DNA from: Azolla caroliniana
Taxonomy: Eukaryota > Plantae > Polypodiophyta
Length of the DNA stretch: 64,000 nucleotides
Assembly (NCBI GenBank): GCA_043228905.1
Contig: JBHGNT010000002.1
Span: 18,972,001-19,036,000, forward strand
Direction: 5' to 3'
Positions 11,157 to 25,175 of the stretch are shown in pieces (the stretch's first letter is position 1; every line of letters begins with the position of its first letter). A program made the position numbers and the translations under genes. Below the pieces are notes generated by a model. That model was not told the origin of the DNA, searched no databases, and saw only the letters and a list, made by a program, of their open reading frames with translations.

Positions 11157-13949
11157 ACGTGGAGGTATAGGGTTTGTATCATGCCCTATGCATGTAATAA
11201 ATATTTTTTTAATATTTTATTTTATTTATTATACGTACTTTAAATCGGATATAGTATTTTACATATTTCACGTAGTGTGTGATTCACACTACGACAACGC
11301 GATCGCAATTCAGGGGATTTCTTAATTAGGTACGCTTAGTCATTCAAATGCATCTTTCCCGATACCCCACTGATGCATCCTGAATCGGCCTAATAGGCAT
11401 GTTGTTTAGCGGCTCAGCCTTGGCATGGTTCGCTCCGCTTCTAGAAAAACAATCGCCCTTGCTTAATAACTTTGAAGACTTTATTAGCGAGTTTAAATCC
11501 CGCTTTGGAGATATCGACAACATCAGGACGACGATCAACAAAATCCGACGATTACGTCAAGGTGATCGTCCAATCTCTGCCTACGCAGCAGATTTCTGTC
11601 TACTTGCCTCAGATATCCCCTGGGATGATCATGCACTAATGGAACAGTTTCGCTACGGCTTGCGAAACGATGTCAAAGATTTACTCTTAACCTTCCCCGA
11701 AGCACCAAAGTCTCTTACAGAGGCAATCAGTCAAGCGGTCCGATGCGACAACCATCTTTTCGAACAACGTTCTGAACGTCAATTACAAATACCACACCCT
11801 AGGCAGGAGCCCACATACGCCGCAATCGTGGCTAAACCATTTGCACGAGACGTATCTCAAGCAAATACTCCGACATCGATGGAGATTGACACCATGCGTT
11901 GACGTGGCCCGTTATCGGAAGAAGAAAAGCAACGACGACGTGCAAATCGATTAGGTCTTTATTGCGGTGGACCAGGGCATATCGCAATCAACTATCCCCA
12001 TAGGCCAAGAAGACAGACAAATCAAATCGTAGCTTGTACTAAACCTGAATCAATTCTTCCCTTAGGAGTGTCTGACAGTATTAATAGTACTAACAACCCA
12101 AGTATCTCAAACAAATTAGAAATCCTTAGTCAATTAGAAGAAGAGTTAAACGATTGAGTCCAGCCAAAATAGGAGCCGTTTGGTTGGACATCCCTAGATC
12201 TGTACAACCCATTAGTGGCTCCATTCCCTCCAAGCAAGTTAGCAATGTGTTCTTAGCCCAAGTCATGGTTAGTACTAAATGTACTCCTCCAGTACATGTC
12301 CCAACACTTTTAGATTCCGGAGCCAATTCCTGTTTCATGGATCGAAATTTTGCCCAAGCTTCTCAGATATCCTTAAGAAAACTTCCTTGCCCTGCATATG
12401 TAGTAGTCATTGATGGTCGTCCCATTGCTTCCGGGAATATTGTAGAAGAGTCAGAACCCATTTAGGTTGTCCTAGGTAGTTTTGTGCGTGTGGTATCATT
12501 TAATATAATTAGTAGTCTAGAGAATCCCATTGTCCTAGGATTGCCTTGGTTTGAATTACATACTCCAGACATAGATTAGAGAGCAAGAGAAGTCCGGTAT
12601 CAACAACCCCAAGAATTTATTCATCGAGTTTCGACCATTTCACTCCATCAATTACGTGAAGAAGGACACGAGCCAATGTTTCTATTTGCAATATCAGTAC
12701 ATCCCTCCAGCAATATTAAGAAGGAATCCTTAGTGCAACTTCCGGCGAAATATCATCCTTATGCCAATGTATTTAACAAGGTAAAAGCTGGTACTTTTCC
12801 TCATCATTGTCCCTACGATTGTCCCTACGATTTACAACCAGGAACAGAGCCACCATGGGGACCAATTTACAACTTGTCACCAACCGAGTTAGAAGTCCTT
12901 CGAGCCTACATAGAGGAGAACTTGGCAAGCGGGTTTATTCGTCATTCGAAATCTCCATCTGGTGCACCCATTTTCTTTGTCAAGAAGAAAGATGGACCAC
13001 TTCGTCTCATCGTTGATTACCGCGACTTGAATAAGGTCACCATCAAGAATAGGTATGCACTTCCTCTTATATCAAGTCTTTTAGAGCGAGTAAATGGTGC
13101 CAAGTTTTTTACAAAAATCGATCTACGAGGATCCTATAACCTCGTGCGGATTCGACTGGGAGACGAATGGAAGACAACCTTTCGCATGCGGTATGGGCAT
13201 TTCGAGTATACCGTTATGCCGTTCGGTCTAACAATTGTGCTCGCAGTCTTCCAGCATATGGCAAATGATATATTCAGAGACATCTTGGATATCTGCTTTA
13301 TCATCTATCTAGATGATCTATTGATTTATCTAAAGACCCAGGAAGAGCATGATTCTCATGTACTATTAGTACTAAAACGACTCCTAGAGAATGGTCTTTA
13401 TGCCAAACTAGAAAAATGTAGCTTTGACTAAAAGCAAGTGGAATGTCTAGGCTACGTCATCTCCTCAAAGGGCATCTCCATGGATCCGGCTAAAGTCATG
13501 ACAGTAACTCACGCTCACTATGCGCAACGCTCGGCCAAAACCGAGCTTAGAACCATACACAGAAAACGGGAATGAATGCAGGACACAAAGGAGAGAAGAG
13601 TACGCAGGATGTTTAACTTGGAAAACCCTGAGAGGAAAAAACCACGACAGCCCACAGACCGCAAACTATCACTATGTCAGAATGAATACAATAGTGAGCT
13701 CACGGAGGCAGCGACCTCGTGCTCACGATCTTCGCCACAGGCAGCGGTTACAATAGAGGCAACAACCTCTTCCTCTCTCTCTCTCTCTCTGTACACTGTT
13801 ACGCTCTCTCTCTTCTTGCACCAACAAGAATGACAACCACACACACTTATTAAGTTTGCCCTAAGTCATATTTATACTAATATGACTTTTTGGCTTTTTA
13901 CAAATATAACCCCGACAGACTCTCAGAAACATATTTACGAATATGTCCC

Positions 13950-14175
13950 TTCATCCGGTGAGCACTCCTCATCGGGCCTGCATCATCCGGTGCTTGCCGG
14001 GTACTCGTCGTCTGGTTCTCACCGTGTCTTCCGTTTCCGGGTACTCTTCATCCGGTTCTCACCGGGTCTTCACCGTCCGGCTCTTGCCGGGTACTCGTCA
14101 TCTGGTTCTCCGAAGCCGGGTACTCCTCATCCGGTTCTCACCAGGTCTTCCGTTTCCGGGTACTCCACATTCGGT
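13950..14175. repeat. GC/CCGG-rich tandem subrepeats in the D/K LTRs (also 18810-19055 and 57275-57470)
   Basis: Reiterated CCGGGTACTC(G/T)TCATCCGGTTCTC units; one extra unit in the 5' LTR of D. Confidence 0.8.
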
Positions 14176-14272
14176 TTCGGCCGAGGCCTATCGGCCTCGG
14201 CCGAGTTTGCTCATCAGTACTGTTCTTCTTATTTCCCATCTGGAGGGACTTGTTTCCTAACAAAATCCCCCT

Positions 14273-17200
14273 TCACTCCGGCATGGGATGTCTTACTAGT
14301 CCGACTCGCTTCTGGCATGCATCCAGCTTGTCGGGTATCAGTACTTTGGTCAACATATTTGACCCGTTCTCAACCGTGTGGATCTTCGTCAGCGCGAACT
14401 CCTGGTCATCCCCTCTTTCCCGGATCTAGTGATACCTACGCTGGAAATGCTTCATCCGGGAATGGTAGGCCGCATTCTTGGCAAGGTGGATGGCACTTTG
14501 ACTGTCGCAATAGAGCCGGTATTCCTCTTGCCGGATACCAAGCTCTCTGATGAAGTCCTTCATCCATAATATTTCCTTGTCGGCTTCCACAACCGCCATG
14601 TACTCCGCCTCCGTGGTTGACAATGCAACCGTCTTCTGCAGCCTCGACTGCCATGAAACAACTCCCCCTGCATATGTCATTACATACCCGGATGTAGACC
14701 GATTGGTATCCACATAAGCCGACATGTCTGAATCGGTAAAACCGTCAAGTTGAGGTTTTCCGGAGCCGAATTGGAGACACATGTTCGAAGTGCCCTTCAA
14801 ATACCGGAGTATCCATTTGACCGCGTTCCAGTGCTCCTTGCCAGGATTGCTCATAAACCGGCTCACCACTCCGACTGCGTATCCTATATCTGGTCGGGTA
14901 CACACCATTGCGTACATTAAGCTCCCGACAACAGAGGCATATGGAACCTTTATCATATCCGCCTTCTCTGCTTTCGTCTTCGGGCTTTGCTTACCGGATA
15001 ACCTGCAGTTTGTCGGAAGTGTCGATCCGACCGGTTTCGCACCTAACATGTTGAACCGTTGAAGCACCTTTGTCACGTATTTCTCCTGTGACAGCCACAA
15101 CTGCTTCGCTGGTTGGTTCCGGATGATATGCATCCCCAGCATCTGTCTTGCCGAACCCAAGTCTTTCATTGCGAAGGTTCGATTGAGAGCCTTCTTCAGC
15201 ATCCGTATTTTGGCTTGGTCCCGTCCGACGATCAACATGTCGTCCACGTACAGAAGGAGTATCAGGAAGTCGCCTCCTCCGAACTTCTTCACAAACACGC
15301 AATGATCGACTTGCGTCTTGTGGTACCCTTGATAGGTCATGAAGGAGTCGAACTTCCGGTGCCATTGTCGGGAAGCCTGCTTCAGTCCGTACAGGATCTT
15401 CTTCAACCGGCATACAAGGTTCTGCTTCCCTTTCTCCATGAATCCTTCCGGTTGCTGCATGTAGATCTCCTCTTCGAGGTCGCCGTGAAGGAATGCCGTC
15501 TTCACATCCAGCTGCTCTACCTCCAGATCCATGCTTGCGGCTATACTCAGCACCGTCCGGATGGAGGTCATCTTTACTACTGGGGCAAATATCTCGTCGA
15601 AGTCCACACCCTTCTTTTGTTGGAACCCCGTCACCACGATCCTGGCTTTGTATCTCGGGTGGTTGCCGGCATCTCCCGGTTTCAACTTGTACACCCACTT
15701 GTTTCGGAGTGCCCGCTTTCCTTTTGGCAACTCCACCAATTCGTAAGTATGGTTCTCATGCAGGGAATCCATCTCATCCTGCATGGCACTTAACCATTTG
15801 CGCCTGTGGGTGTCATCCTCCGCTTCTTCGAAGCTTTCCGGCTCTCCCTCATCGGTCAGCAGCACATGCTCTGAATCCGGAAATATTCGGGGGGCCCTTC
15901 TCTCTCTGAGAGGATATCTCCATCTTTGGGCTTCGATAGCCGGCTCCTCCATTTGCTCTTCATCCGAATCCGATTCGGGGTCTTGGCCGGTTCCGGTTTC
16001 AGCTTCCTCTACTTCTTCTGCCGGTTCGGTATCCTCACCATAACCGGCTGGTTCGTCGAGTGCTAACCGGTCTCTTGCCGGTTGGGTCCGCTCATCGTAG
16101 AATCGATCCTTACCGGTCGACTCGGAGTTCATTATCTTCTTCTCCGACTCCTAGTCGGCGAGCGTCTTGTCCTCCATGAAGATAATATCTTGACTCCGGA
16201 ATACCTTCTTGTCTATCGGGTCCCACACTCGGTAGCCGAACTCATCGTCGCCGTAACCGAGGAATATGCACGGCCGAGTCTTTGGATCTAACTTTCCTCT
16301 TTGGTCCTTAGCTACATGCACATACGCGAGACACCCAAACACCTTCAGATGCCGGTAGGACACTTCCTTACCGGTCCATACTCTCTGCGGCGTGTCTCCA
16401 TCCAAGGGTACTGAGGGTGATATGTTTATCACATACGTCGCTGTCGACAGTGCCTCAGCCCAAAACGCCTTGGGTAGTTTTGCATGCGCCAGCATACTCC
16501 GGACCCTCTCCATTATGGTCCGGTTCATCCTCTCGGCCAGCCCGTTTAGTTCCGGCGTCTTCGGCTCGGTAAATTCGAGCCGGATTCCCTTCGAGCGGCA
16601 GTACTCCTCGAACTGCCCCTGGTATTCTCCTCCGTTATCATCTTGAACAGCCTTCAGCTTCCGACCGGTTTCTCTTTCCACTCTCGCGTGGAGCTCTTTG
16701 AAGACGGATAGCACCTGATCCTTCGTCTTCAACGGTGTGGCCCACAGCTTCCGGCTGTGGTCATCTATGAACGTCACAAAGTACTGCGCTCCGGCATGTG
16801 ACTTCGTGTCCGCTTGACATACATCAGTATGCACCAACTCCAGTGGTGCATTACGTCTCATCGATGTCCTTGATCGGAAGGAGTTTTGGTTTTGTTTATC
16901 GGCCAGACAATTAGTGCACTTCTCCAAGTGCATGTTCTTCACTGGAATGAGGTTTTCTTCTGCAAGCCTCTTCATCCCCTTTTCGCTCATGTGACATAGC
17001 CTCTTGTGCCACAGCTCACCGGCAGTGTCGGATGCCACGTTCACTTCCTTCGGACATAACCGGGCATTCATCAAGTACAACGTGTTTACCTTTCGGGCCC
17101 GAGCCACAATCAAGCTCCCTTTGTTGAACTTCATAACACCGTTTCGGATGCTACCCGTGTAGCCTTCATCATCTAGCCGATCGACTGATATCAGGTTCAG

Positions 17201-18327
17201 ACGAACCTCCGGGACGTGTCAGACATCTTTCAGCAGCATCTTGCATCCGGTTGGTGTTGTCAACCACACGTCTCCTATGCTGACAATTCGGCATGTACCT
17301 TCATTCCCTATCCGGACACAACCGTGATCACCAGCTGTATAGGATGAAAAGTATTTACGGTATGGGGTAAGGTGGAACGACGCTCCGGAGTCTACCACCC
17401 AGGTCATCTCATCGCCGGCAAGGTTTATCTCACTCTCCTCGGTGATGAGCATCAACTCTTCTTCACTTGCCGCGATTGCCGTTGTTCCCTTCCGGTCCGA
17501 TCCCCTCCGGGTTTTACCGTTCCGGTCCGGTGTCCGCTTCGAATCGGTACCATCGGTTTTCTTGTCTTTTCGGAAATGCCGATAGTTCTTCTGGAAGTGT
17601 CCCGGCTTGCTGCAATAGAAGCAAGTAGGCCTCCCCCTTGACTTTGACCGTGTCCCTGACTTCTCCCGGTTCTTGGGACTACGGTTTCTGTGTCTTCCAC
17701 GTTCCGATTCGGTAAGGAGCGCTTTGGAGTCGGAGCTCGTAACCTTATCTTTCCAACGCGCCTCCTCATCTAGCAAGCTCGACTTTACTCTTGCTAGGGA
17801 TAACCGTTTTCCTTCCGACCCGACGTTGCCCAAAGTGACAACCAACGTCTCCCAGCTATCCGGGAGGGAACCGAGCAAGAGTAGCGCTAGTACCTCGTCG
17901 GTGAGAGGTACTTCCAATGATGTTCCCTGGTGGATCAGCCCTTGGAAGGCATTTATGTGCTCCGCCATGCTGGAGCCATCTTGGTACCGGAGTCTTACTA
18001 GCTTCTGGAATACCGAAACCTGATTAACAACATTTTTGTTTTGAAACATAATGCCGATCTTCTCCCAGAGCTCATGAGCCTTCCTCTCATCATTGAAGTT
18101 GTTGTATAGGCTCATGTCGATGAAGCACCGTATGTACGCTGTTGTCTTCATGTGCATCACCTCCCATATCGTGGCGTCGATTTTGTCCGGTCTCTTGTCT
18201 CCGAACTGAACCGGCAACCAAAGATCTTTGACCACGAGCATGTCCCTCATCTTCGACTTCCACACCGAATAGTTGGAGCCGGTGAGCTTGAACATATCTC
18301 CCAACGATTCATCCATTTTTTGTGTCA
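14273..18327 (-). pseudogene. pol: D gag-pol polyprotein (a few stops and frameshifts)
   Basis: ORFs 17219..18388 (gag, zinc knuckle, WVVDSGAS), 16151..17134 (integrase, YFVTFIDD) and 14426..16132 (RT LLYVDD, RNase H). Confidence 0.92.
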
Positions 18328-21300
18328 TTTTGCTCTGATACCACTTTGACAGTAACTCACGCTCACTATGCGCAACGCTTGGCCACAACCGAACTTAGAA
18401 CCATACATAGAAAACGGGAATGAATGCACGACACAAAGGAGAGAAGAGTACACAGGATGTTTAACGTGGAAAACCCTGAGTGGGAAAAACCACGGCAACC
18501 CACAGACTGCAAACTATCACTATGTTAGAATGAATACAACAGTGAGCTCACGGAGGCAGCGACCTCGTGCTCACGATCTTCGCCACAGGTGGCGGTTACA
18601 ATAGAGGCAACGGCCTCTTCCTCTCTCTCTCTCTCTCTGTACACTGTTACGCTCTCTCTCTTCTTGCACCAACAAGAATGACAACCACGCACACTTATTA
18701 AGTTTGCGCTAAGTCATATTTATACTAATATGACTTTTCGGCTTTTTACAAATATAGCCTCGACGGACTCTCAGAAACATATTTACGAATATGTCCCTTC
18801 ATCCGGTGAGGACTCCTCACCGGGCTTGCATCATCCGGCGCTTGCCGGGTACTCGTCGTCCGGTTCTCACCGGGTCTTCCGTTTCCGGGTACTCTTCATC
18901 CGGTTCTCACCGGGTCTTCACTGTCCGGCTCTTGCCGGGTACTCGTCATCCAGTTCTCCGAAGCCGGGTACTCGTCATCCGGTTCTCCGAAGCCGGGTAC
19001 TCGTCATCGGGTTCTCACCGGGTCTTCTGTTTCCTGGTACTCCACATCCGGTTTCGGCCAAGGCCTATCGGCCTCGGCCGAGTTTGCTCATCAGTACTGT
19101 TCTTCTTATTTCCCATCTGAAGGGACCTGTTTCCTAACAAGTCAAAACTGCGCTAGAGTGGCAAAATCCACGTTCGTTACGAGATGTACAATGTTTCCTA
19201 GGTTTTGCTAACTTCTACCGCAAGTTTATACAAGATTACTCAAAGATTATTTTACCTCTCACACAACTTACGAAGAAGGGACAGACATTTCTTTGGTCCA
19301 ATGAAGCGGACATGGCCTTTAGGCATCTTAAGAAAGCCTTTACATCAGCTCCTATTCTAGCTCATGTGGATACAAACAAACCATTCATCATGGAGGCCGA
19401 CGCATCGGATTTCGCCCTTGGTAGCATCCTTTCTCAACAAGGAGATAAAGAAGAGTTACATCCTGTGGCTTTCCATTCGTGCAAATTTGATGTCGTGGAA
19501 ATCAACTACGAGATACATGACAAGGAGTTATTAGCCATCATGGATTCATTTGTGCAATGGTGAGACTTCTTAGAGGGCTCTCCACATCAGGTCATCGTCT
19601 TCAGTGATCACAAAAATCTTGCTTATTTCCAGAACGTTCGTGTACTAAATCAACGGCAAGCTCGGTGGGCCTAATTCCTCACGTGTTTTGGCTTCAAAAT
19701 CACATATCGACCGAGGAAGCAGCAAGGAAAACCAGATGCACTATCGAAGCGTTCATATCTTGCACCTCGTCCTGGTGATCCAGCGTTTGATAATCAAAAG
19801 CATGTAATCTTGGGACCAACACGTTTGCACACAACGCGGATTTTTCACACTCCACTAGATTCCCGGATTGTCGATGCCATTCGTGCTAACTTGAAGACAG
19901 ACAATTTTGCTCAAGCCATTTTAGCGCACGTTGATACCTCTCGGGCATCCTGTTCCCAGTCTCAACAACCAGGTATGGACTACCGACAATTCAAATATCA
20001 TGATGGTTTATTGTTCTTTAAAAAGCTCGTATATGTTCTCGATTGCTCCTGTTGCCTTCAAATCATCCAAAATTGTCACGACACCCATACATCGGGACAT
20101 TTCGGTAGTACAAAGACGTTGTATCTAGTTCAACGATCTTTTTGGTGTTCCCATATGCAACATTTTGTCAATGACTACATTCAGACCTGTGATGCTTGCT
20201 GCCGAGCAAAGATGCCATGACATCATCCATATGGCTTGTTGGAACCCTTACTGATTCCAAGTAAGTCATGACAGTCTATTTGTCTTGATTTTATCATAGA
20301 TTTGTCAGTCTCGAAGGGTTTCGATGCTATCTTAACCGTCGTTGATCGATATACTAAGATGGCACATTTTGTGTCGTGTACTAAGGCCATCACTAGTGAG
20401 GAAACCGCCACCCTTATCATGCGTGAGATATTTTGGCATCATGGCCTCCCAAACAGTATCATAAGTGACTGAGGACCTCAATTCGTCTCCAAATTTTGGA
20501 AGCATCTCTTGAAGATGCTCAAGGTGTCTTGTAACCTCTCCTCCGGCTACCACCCCCAGACCGATGGGCAGGCGGAACGAACAAATCAAACGCTTGAACA
20601 ATACCTCTGGTGTTTTCTGAGTTATCAATAAGATGATTGGGTTGATATTCTCCACTTTGAGGAGTTTGCTTATAATAACGCTATTCACTCCTCGACTTGG
20701 GTCTCCCCATTTTACGCTTATATTGGTTCTCATCCTCGCTGGTCTATGATCGACACCCCGGAGCTACCTACCAATCCTCGTGCCGAGGATAGTTTGGAGA
20801 GGCTACGCAAGATCTAGATGGATCTCTCTACTCATCTTCATCATGCTCAACACACATAAAAGACTTATGTAGATCGTCATCGGCTTCCCTCCTCTTTTGC
20901 CATCGGAGATCGAGCTTGGCTCTTACGTCGTCACATCAAGACTACTCGACCGTGCGACAAGTTGGATTATCAATGACTCGGTCCTTTCCGTATTACCGGT
21001 AAGGTTAATGATGTCACATTCCGCCTTGATCTTCCTCCGCATCTTCAGATACATCCGGTCTTCCATAGTTCTCTTCTTGAACCTTATAAAGCAAACACTA
21101 TTCCCGATCATGTTACACCACCGCCGCCCCCGCTTGAGTTAGACGTCGGCCCGGAGTATGAAGTTGCTGCTGTCCTCGACTCCAAATTTGTTTGCAACAA
21201 ACTTTATTATTTGGTCGATTGGCTTGGCTATAGTCTGAGCAAATGTACTTGGGAACCTGTTGAGCATGTCGCCAATGCTCATGATCTTCTTGATGATTTC

Positions 21301-21839
21301 CACTGACAGTATCCAGACAAACCTTGTCCTCAATTAGCGTCGACTCGTTACACTCGTCGTCTTAAGGGGGGGATAGTGTCATGATATGGCAAGACTCGAA
21401 CCCATGACCTTATGTTATATGGGTCGAGCTCTTGACCATTATACCATCTATTGTAATACGCAGTATATTATTTTCATTTAAGTTTTATTATAGGAAATTA
21501 ATGTATATTCTAGATTTCTCTGGAACATTCTAGAAGCTTCAGGACTCCTCTTGAGAACACTATAAAAGGAGGCACAAGGCATTATGTATAACCAAATTGG
21601 TTCAACGCTAGTCTTAAGCCTCATAGCCATTTTGTACTTACTCTTCATATAATATATCATATGTTATCATCATCTCTCTCCCTCTCTCTCTCGTCCTCGC
21701 TATCTCTCTCTCTCTCTCTCTCTCTCTTCTCTTCTCTCTCCCTCTCTCGGGAGTCTTACGCAGTCTCGTCCTCTTAGTACTAATAGTACTTCCCTTCTCC
21801 AGTACTAATTCTCTCTCTATTTTAGTACTATTCCTGACA

Positions 21840-24649
21840 CTGGGCCGAGGGGGTCCGGACGATCGTCTATATCCAAAACCGGATTGGAGACAAGGTGTCA
21901 GCACATGAGCTGTATTTCGGGCGGAAATCGAATTTGAGACACCTTCGGATATTCGGCAACATAACATATGTGCATGTACTAGATGAGAAGCGGAGGAAGC
22001 TGGATCCGAAGTTGGAGAAGTGCATCCTAGTCGGTTACTCGCATGAGCAAATGGGGTATAAGTGCTATAACCCCTAGACTAAGCACGTCTAAGTAAGTCG
22101 AGATGTTGAGTTTGATGAGACGGCATCATGGTACTCCTTATCGACTCCAACTCCTGACGAAGACCCGATTTCGGAAGATGAAGCTAGTGAGCTCGAGGAG
22201 GTCCAGGTAGAAGATGAAGAGTTCGACACTCTAGAAGAGAGTCCGATCTCATTTTGATTGAGTGGACCGAATAAGCGGCTAAGTCGGGATGACCAGTCGG
22301 ATGAAGAACCGGTGAGTAGTGGAGACTCTGCCATGCTCTCCCCGCACAAGGAACCGAGGAGACGGTTCACACGCAAAGAGAAAGGGAAGCAAAAACTGTC
22401 GGAATATGAAACCGGCAACGTTGAGTCGGATCAGAGCGAATCCGACTCTGGAAAGGATGAAGGTGGATCTTCGGGAACAAAGTCTGAACTGGCCAAGAAG
22501 GGCCCCAAACCGGGTGATGACAAGTTACATCGGTCTTCCCGCTAGAAGAACCCTGTTACGCGCTATGGGTACAATGAGTACATGGCACATCATTATGCGT
22601 TCATGACTAAGGTGGCAGAAGTACGTGAGTTGGAGAGCTATGTAGAAGCGGCAAAGGACACAAATTGACATGCCACTATGGAGGAAGAAATGCGGGCACT
22701 AGATGCCAATGACACATGGGACCTCGTTGACCCTCCCCGACACTGTAAACTGATCGGTTGAAAATGGGTGTACAAGGTAAAGAACAATGCCGACGGTTCG
22801 GTTAACCGGTACAAGGCCCGATTAGTGGCGAAGGGATACAAACAGACCCACGGAATCGACTACGACGAGACCTTCGCTTTGGTAGCGAAGATGATGATGG
22901 TTCGTGTGGTACTGGCGGTTGCTGCGGCAAGGGGATGGCATCTTCACCAAATGGACGTGAAGAATGTGTTTCTTCAAGGTGACCTTGAAGAATGGGTCTA
23001 TATGATCCAACCTCCTGGTTTTTAGTCGGAGATGAACAAGTCGGCGGTGTGCCGGCTTAAGCAGACGCTTTACGGTTCTGAAACAAGCCCCATGAGCTTG
23101 GAATGTGAAGATCACGCACTGGTTGTGTAATATGGGGTTTGTGACCTCTAAATCTGACTCATCGTTGTTCATCCGACAAGGTCTGGACGGTCCGGTTTGC
23201 ATCTTACTTTATGTAGATGATTTAGTCATCACCGGACCCAAACTCAATGAAATCGACCGTGTCAAGGCCCAGTTGTCGGACGCATTTGAAATGAAGAACT
23301 TGGGGGACCTTCATTATTTTCTTGGGATCGAGGTGATCCGAACCACCGATGGAATATTTCTCTCACAAAGACACTATGTGCTGAATATGATGTACACGTT
23401 CAACATGACGGAATGCCGACCAATCTCCACACCCCTGGACTGGAACCAGAAGCTCTGTCCCGACTCCGGACTGGCCTGCGATGAGAAACGGTTCCGACAA
23501 ATAGTCGGAAGTCTGATATACTTGACAATCACCCGACCCGACATCAGCTATCCGGCCAGTGTGATCAACCAATTCATGCAGAAGCCGACCGTCGAGCACC
23601 TTTAGTGTGCACACTGGATATTCCGGTACGTTAGCGGCACAAAGGACCGAGGACTGTTATCCCAACATGGTATAACTGAAGAGGTAGTCGGATGCACAGA
23701 TGCTGAATGGGCTTGTGATGCATTGGATCGTCGATCCACCTCTGGTTACATGTTTTCTCTTGGTAGCGCGACTGTTGCGTGGAGCAACAAGAAGTAGCCA
23801 ACAGTGGTTGTTGAGTATCGGGGCGCTACCAATGCCACCTGTGCAGCCGATCTGGCTTCGGCAACTGCTGCGAGATCTCCGGATCGAGGTGCCGACCCCG
23901 ATCCTGATCTATTACGAGAACATGAGCAGCATACAGCTCGCCAAGAACCCCATATTCCATGCTCGAACAAAGCACATAGAAGTGCATTATCACTTCATGC
24001 GTGAGCGGGTCTTGAGCGGTGAAGTCAAACTTCGGTATGTTTAGACGGATCGACAGGTTGCCGACATCTTCACCAAACCGCTCAGATTGGACAAGTTGTA
24101 ACACTTCACCAAAATGCTTGGTGTTCAACATCTTGACGTGCTGCACTTGAGGGGGAGAACGGGCATGGGCAAAGGCAAAGAAACTGCTGATGGCACCGGA
24201 CAACCGGAGAGGAAGAAAGAACCAACAAAGGGGGAGACAAGAGGAAAAAGGAAGCCGAGTCGACGAAGGAAATCGGCACATCCAAGAAAGTCGGAACGAG
24301 CGGCAGTGGCGGCAGAGTCAAGAAGGACAGAGCCGACTAGAAGGAGAAGGCTAAGACCCGGACATGGTATGATGTGGTGAAGGGCCTGAAACCAGAAGAG
24401 GAGTTGGAGAACACAAACTAGGACAAGAGCTGGAACGAAGCGGGAGTGATCGATTCGGACAAGGACTAGAACGAATCAGAGACTGCTGATTCGCTTCAAC
24501 AGTTGGATTTGGAGGAGCTGGATCAACTAAAGGCCAAGTGGACATGGATGCAGCGGAAGTCGACGCCAACACAAAGGAACCGACGGGTCGACAAGCGTGG
24601 GAGTTGCAACATCGAGGGAGCTGAAATGGGCTTGGTGAGCAGACAAGCT
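21840..24649 (+). pseudogene. pol: A pol: integrase end, RT, RNase H and C-terminal extension
   Basis: [35 protein letters not shown]; many stops. Confidence 0.88.
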
Positions 24650-25175
24650 TGTTGAGAAGCAAGCTCAACAAAGGTATGTGATGCTTATTGAGAAATAAGC
24701 TATAATAGCTATTAGCTAATTAGCATTTACCGATGCATAGCTATTTAGCTACAAACAACTAATTAGCTATTGGTAGGTAATTAGTTGCATATATAAGTCA
24801 CTTATGTACTTACGTAAAATGTGTAGTAAGTAGAAAAAGAAAGTAAGAGTGAGAGTAGAGTAGAGAGAAGAAGAACAGAAAACAGAAAACAGATAAGAGC
24901 AAGTTGAGCTCTGCGCGTAATGCGATAGAAGCTTTTGGACTGTGCAGAGGTAAGTCTCCTTCCCCCTTTCTTTCTGTCTTGAGCACACTAACAATTCAAC
25001 ACATCACAATCTGTTGCGCACACAGAAGAGCTGTAGCGCCTTCGTAACATGGTATCAGAGCAAAGTTGCTCATAAAGAAGATTAGAGTAGTACAAATCTG
25101 GAAAGTTTGGTTCTGGTTGTTGATCTGAATTAGAGAGAGATTTTTCTGTGAAGTTAACCCTAATTGAAAGAGATA

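Larger units (their letters stand above)
4443..11296 (-). mobile_element. Non-chromovirus Gypsy C, internally deleted and mosaic; same lineage as F
   Basis: 3' LTR 4443-5167, PPT just inside (5168-5180), truncated 5' LTR 10075-11296. 4-bp TSD ACGT/ACGC. Proteins align with F. Confidence 0.88.
4160..12157 (+). pseudogene. gag: B gag, split by element C (4160-4442 plus 11297-12157)
   Basis: Coiled-coil N-terminus and EPKIGLPVKFDGT|RSQFRG across the C insertion. ORF 11399..11902 is retrotransposon gag (LRQG, FRYGL). Degenerate zinc knuckle near 11960. Confidence 0.87.
13499..19139 (-). mobile_element. Tnt1/Tto1-like Copia D, near full length
   Basis: LTRs 13499-14262 and 18347-19139, TSD AGTCA (13494-13498, 19140-19144), PBS-Met 18332-18343, PPT 14263-14275. 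Confidence 0.95.
12145..21330 (+). pseudogene. pol: B pol: PR, RT, RNase H, integrase, chromodomain; split by D
   Basis: LLDSGA, SPSGAPIFFVKKKDG, YLDD, EADASDFALG and GHFG. Chromodomain EYEVAAVLDSK..YYLVDWLGY..TWEP at about 21150-21310. Confidence 0.9.
3640..21839 (+). mobile_element. Ty3/Gypsy chromovirus B (Tcn1/Tf1-sushi-like), degenerate
   Basis: LTRs 3640-4090 and 21377-21839 (TGTCATG..CTGACA), PPT 21364-21376, order gag-PR-RT-RH-INT-chromodomain. The flanks do not form a TSD. Confidence 0.9.

Noticed and set aside
13882-14550. + strand repetitive ORFs (also 18730-19137 and 57006-57538)
   Set aside because: They are translations of LTR subrepeats, GC-rich and stop-poor, not genes.
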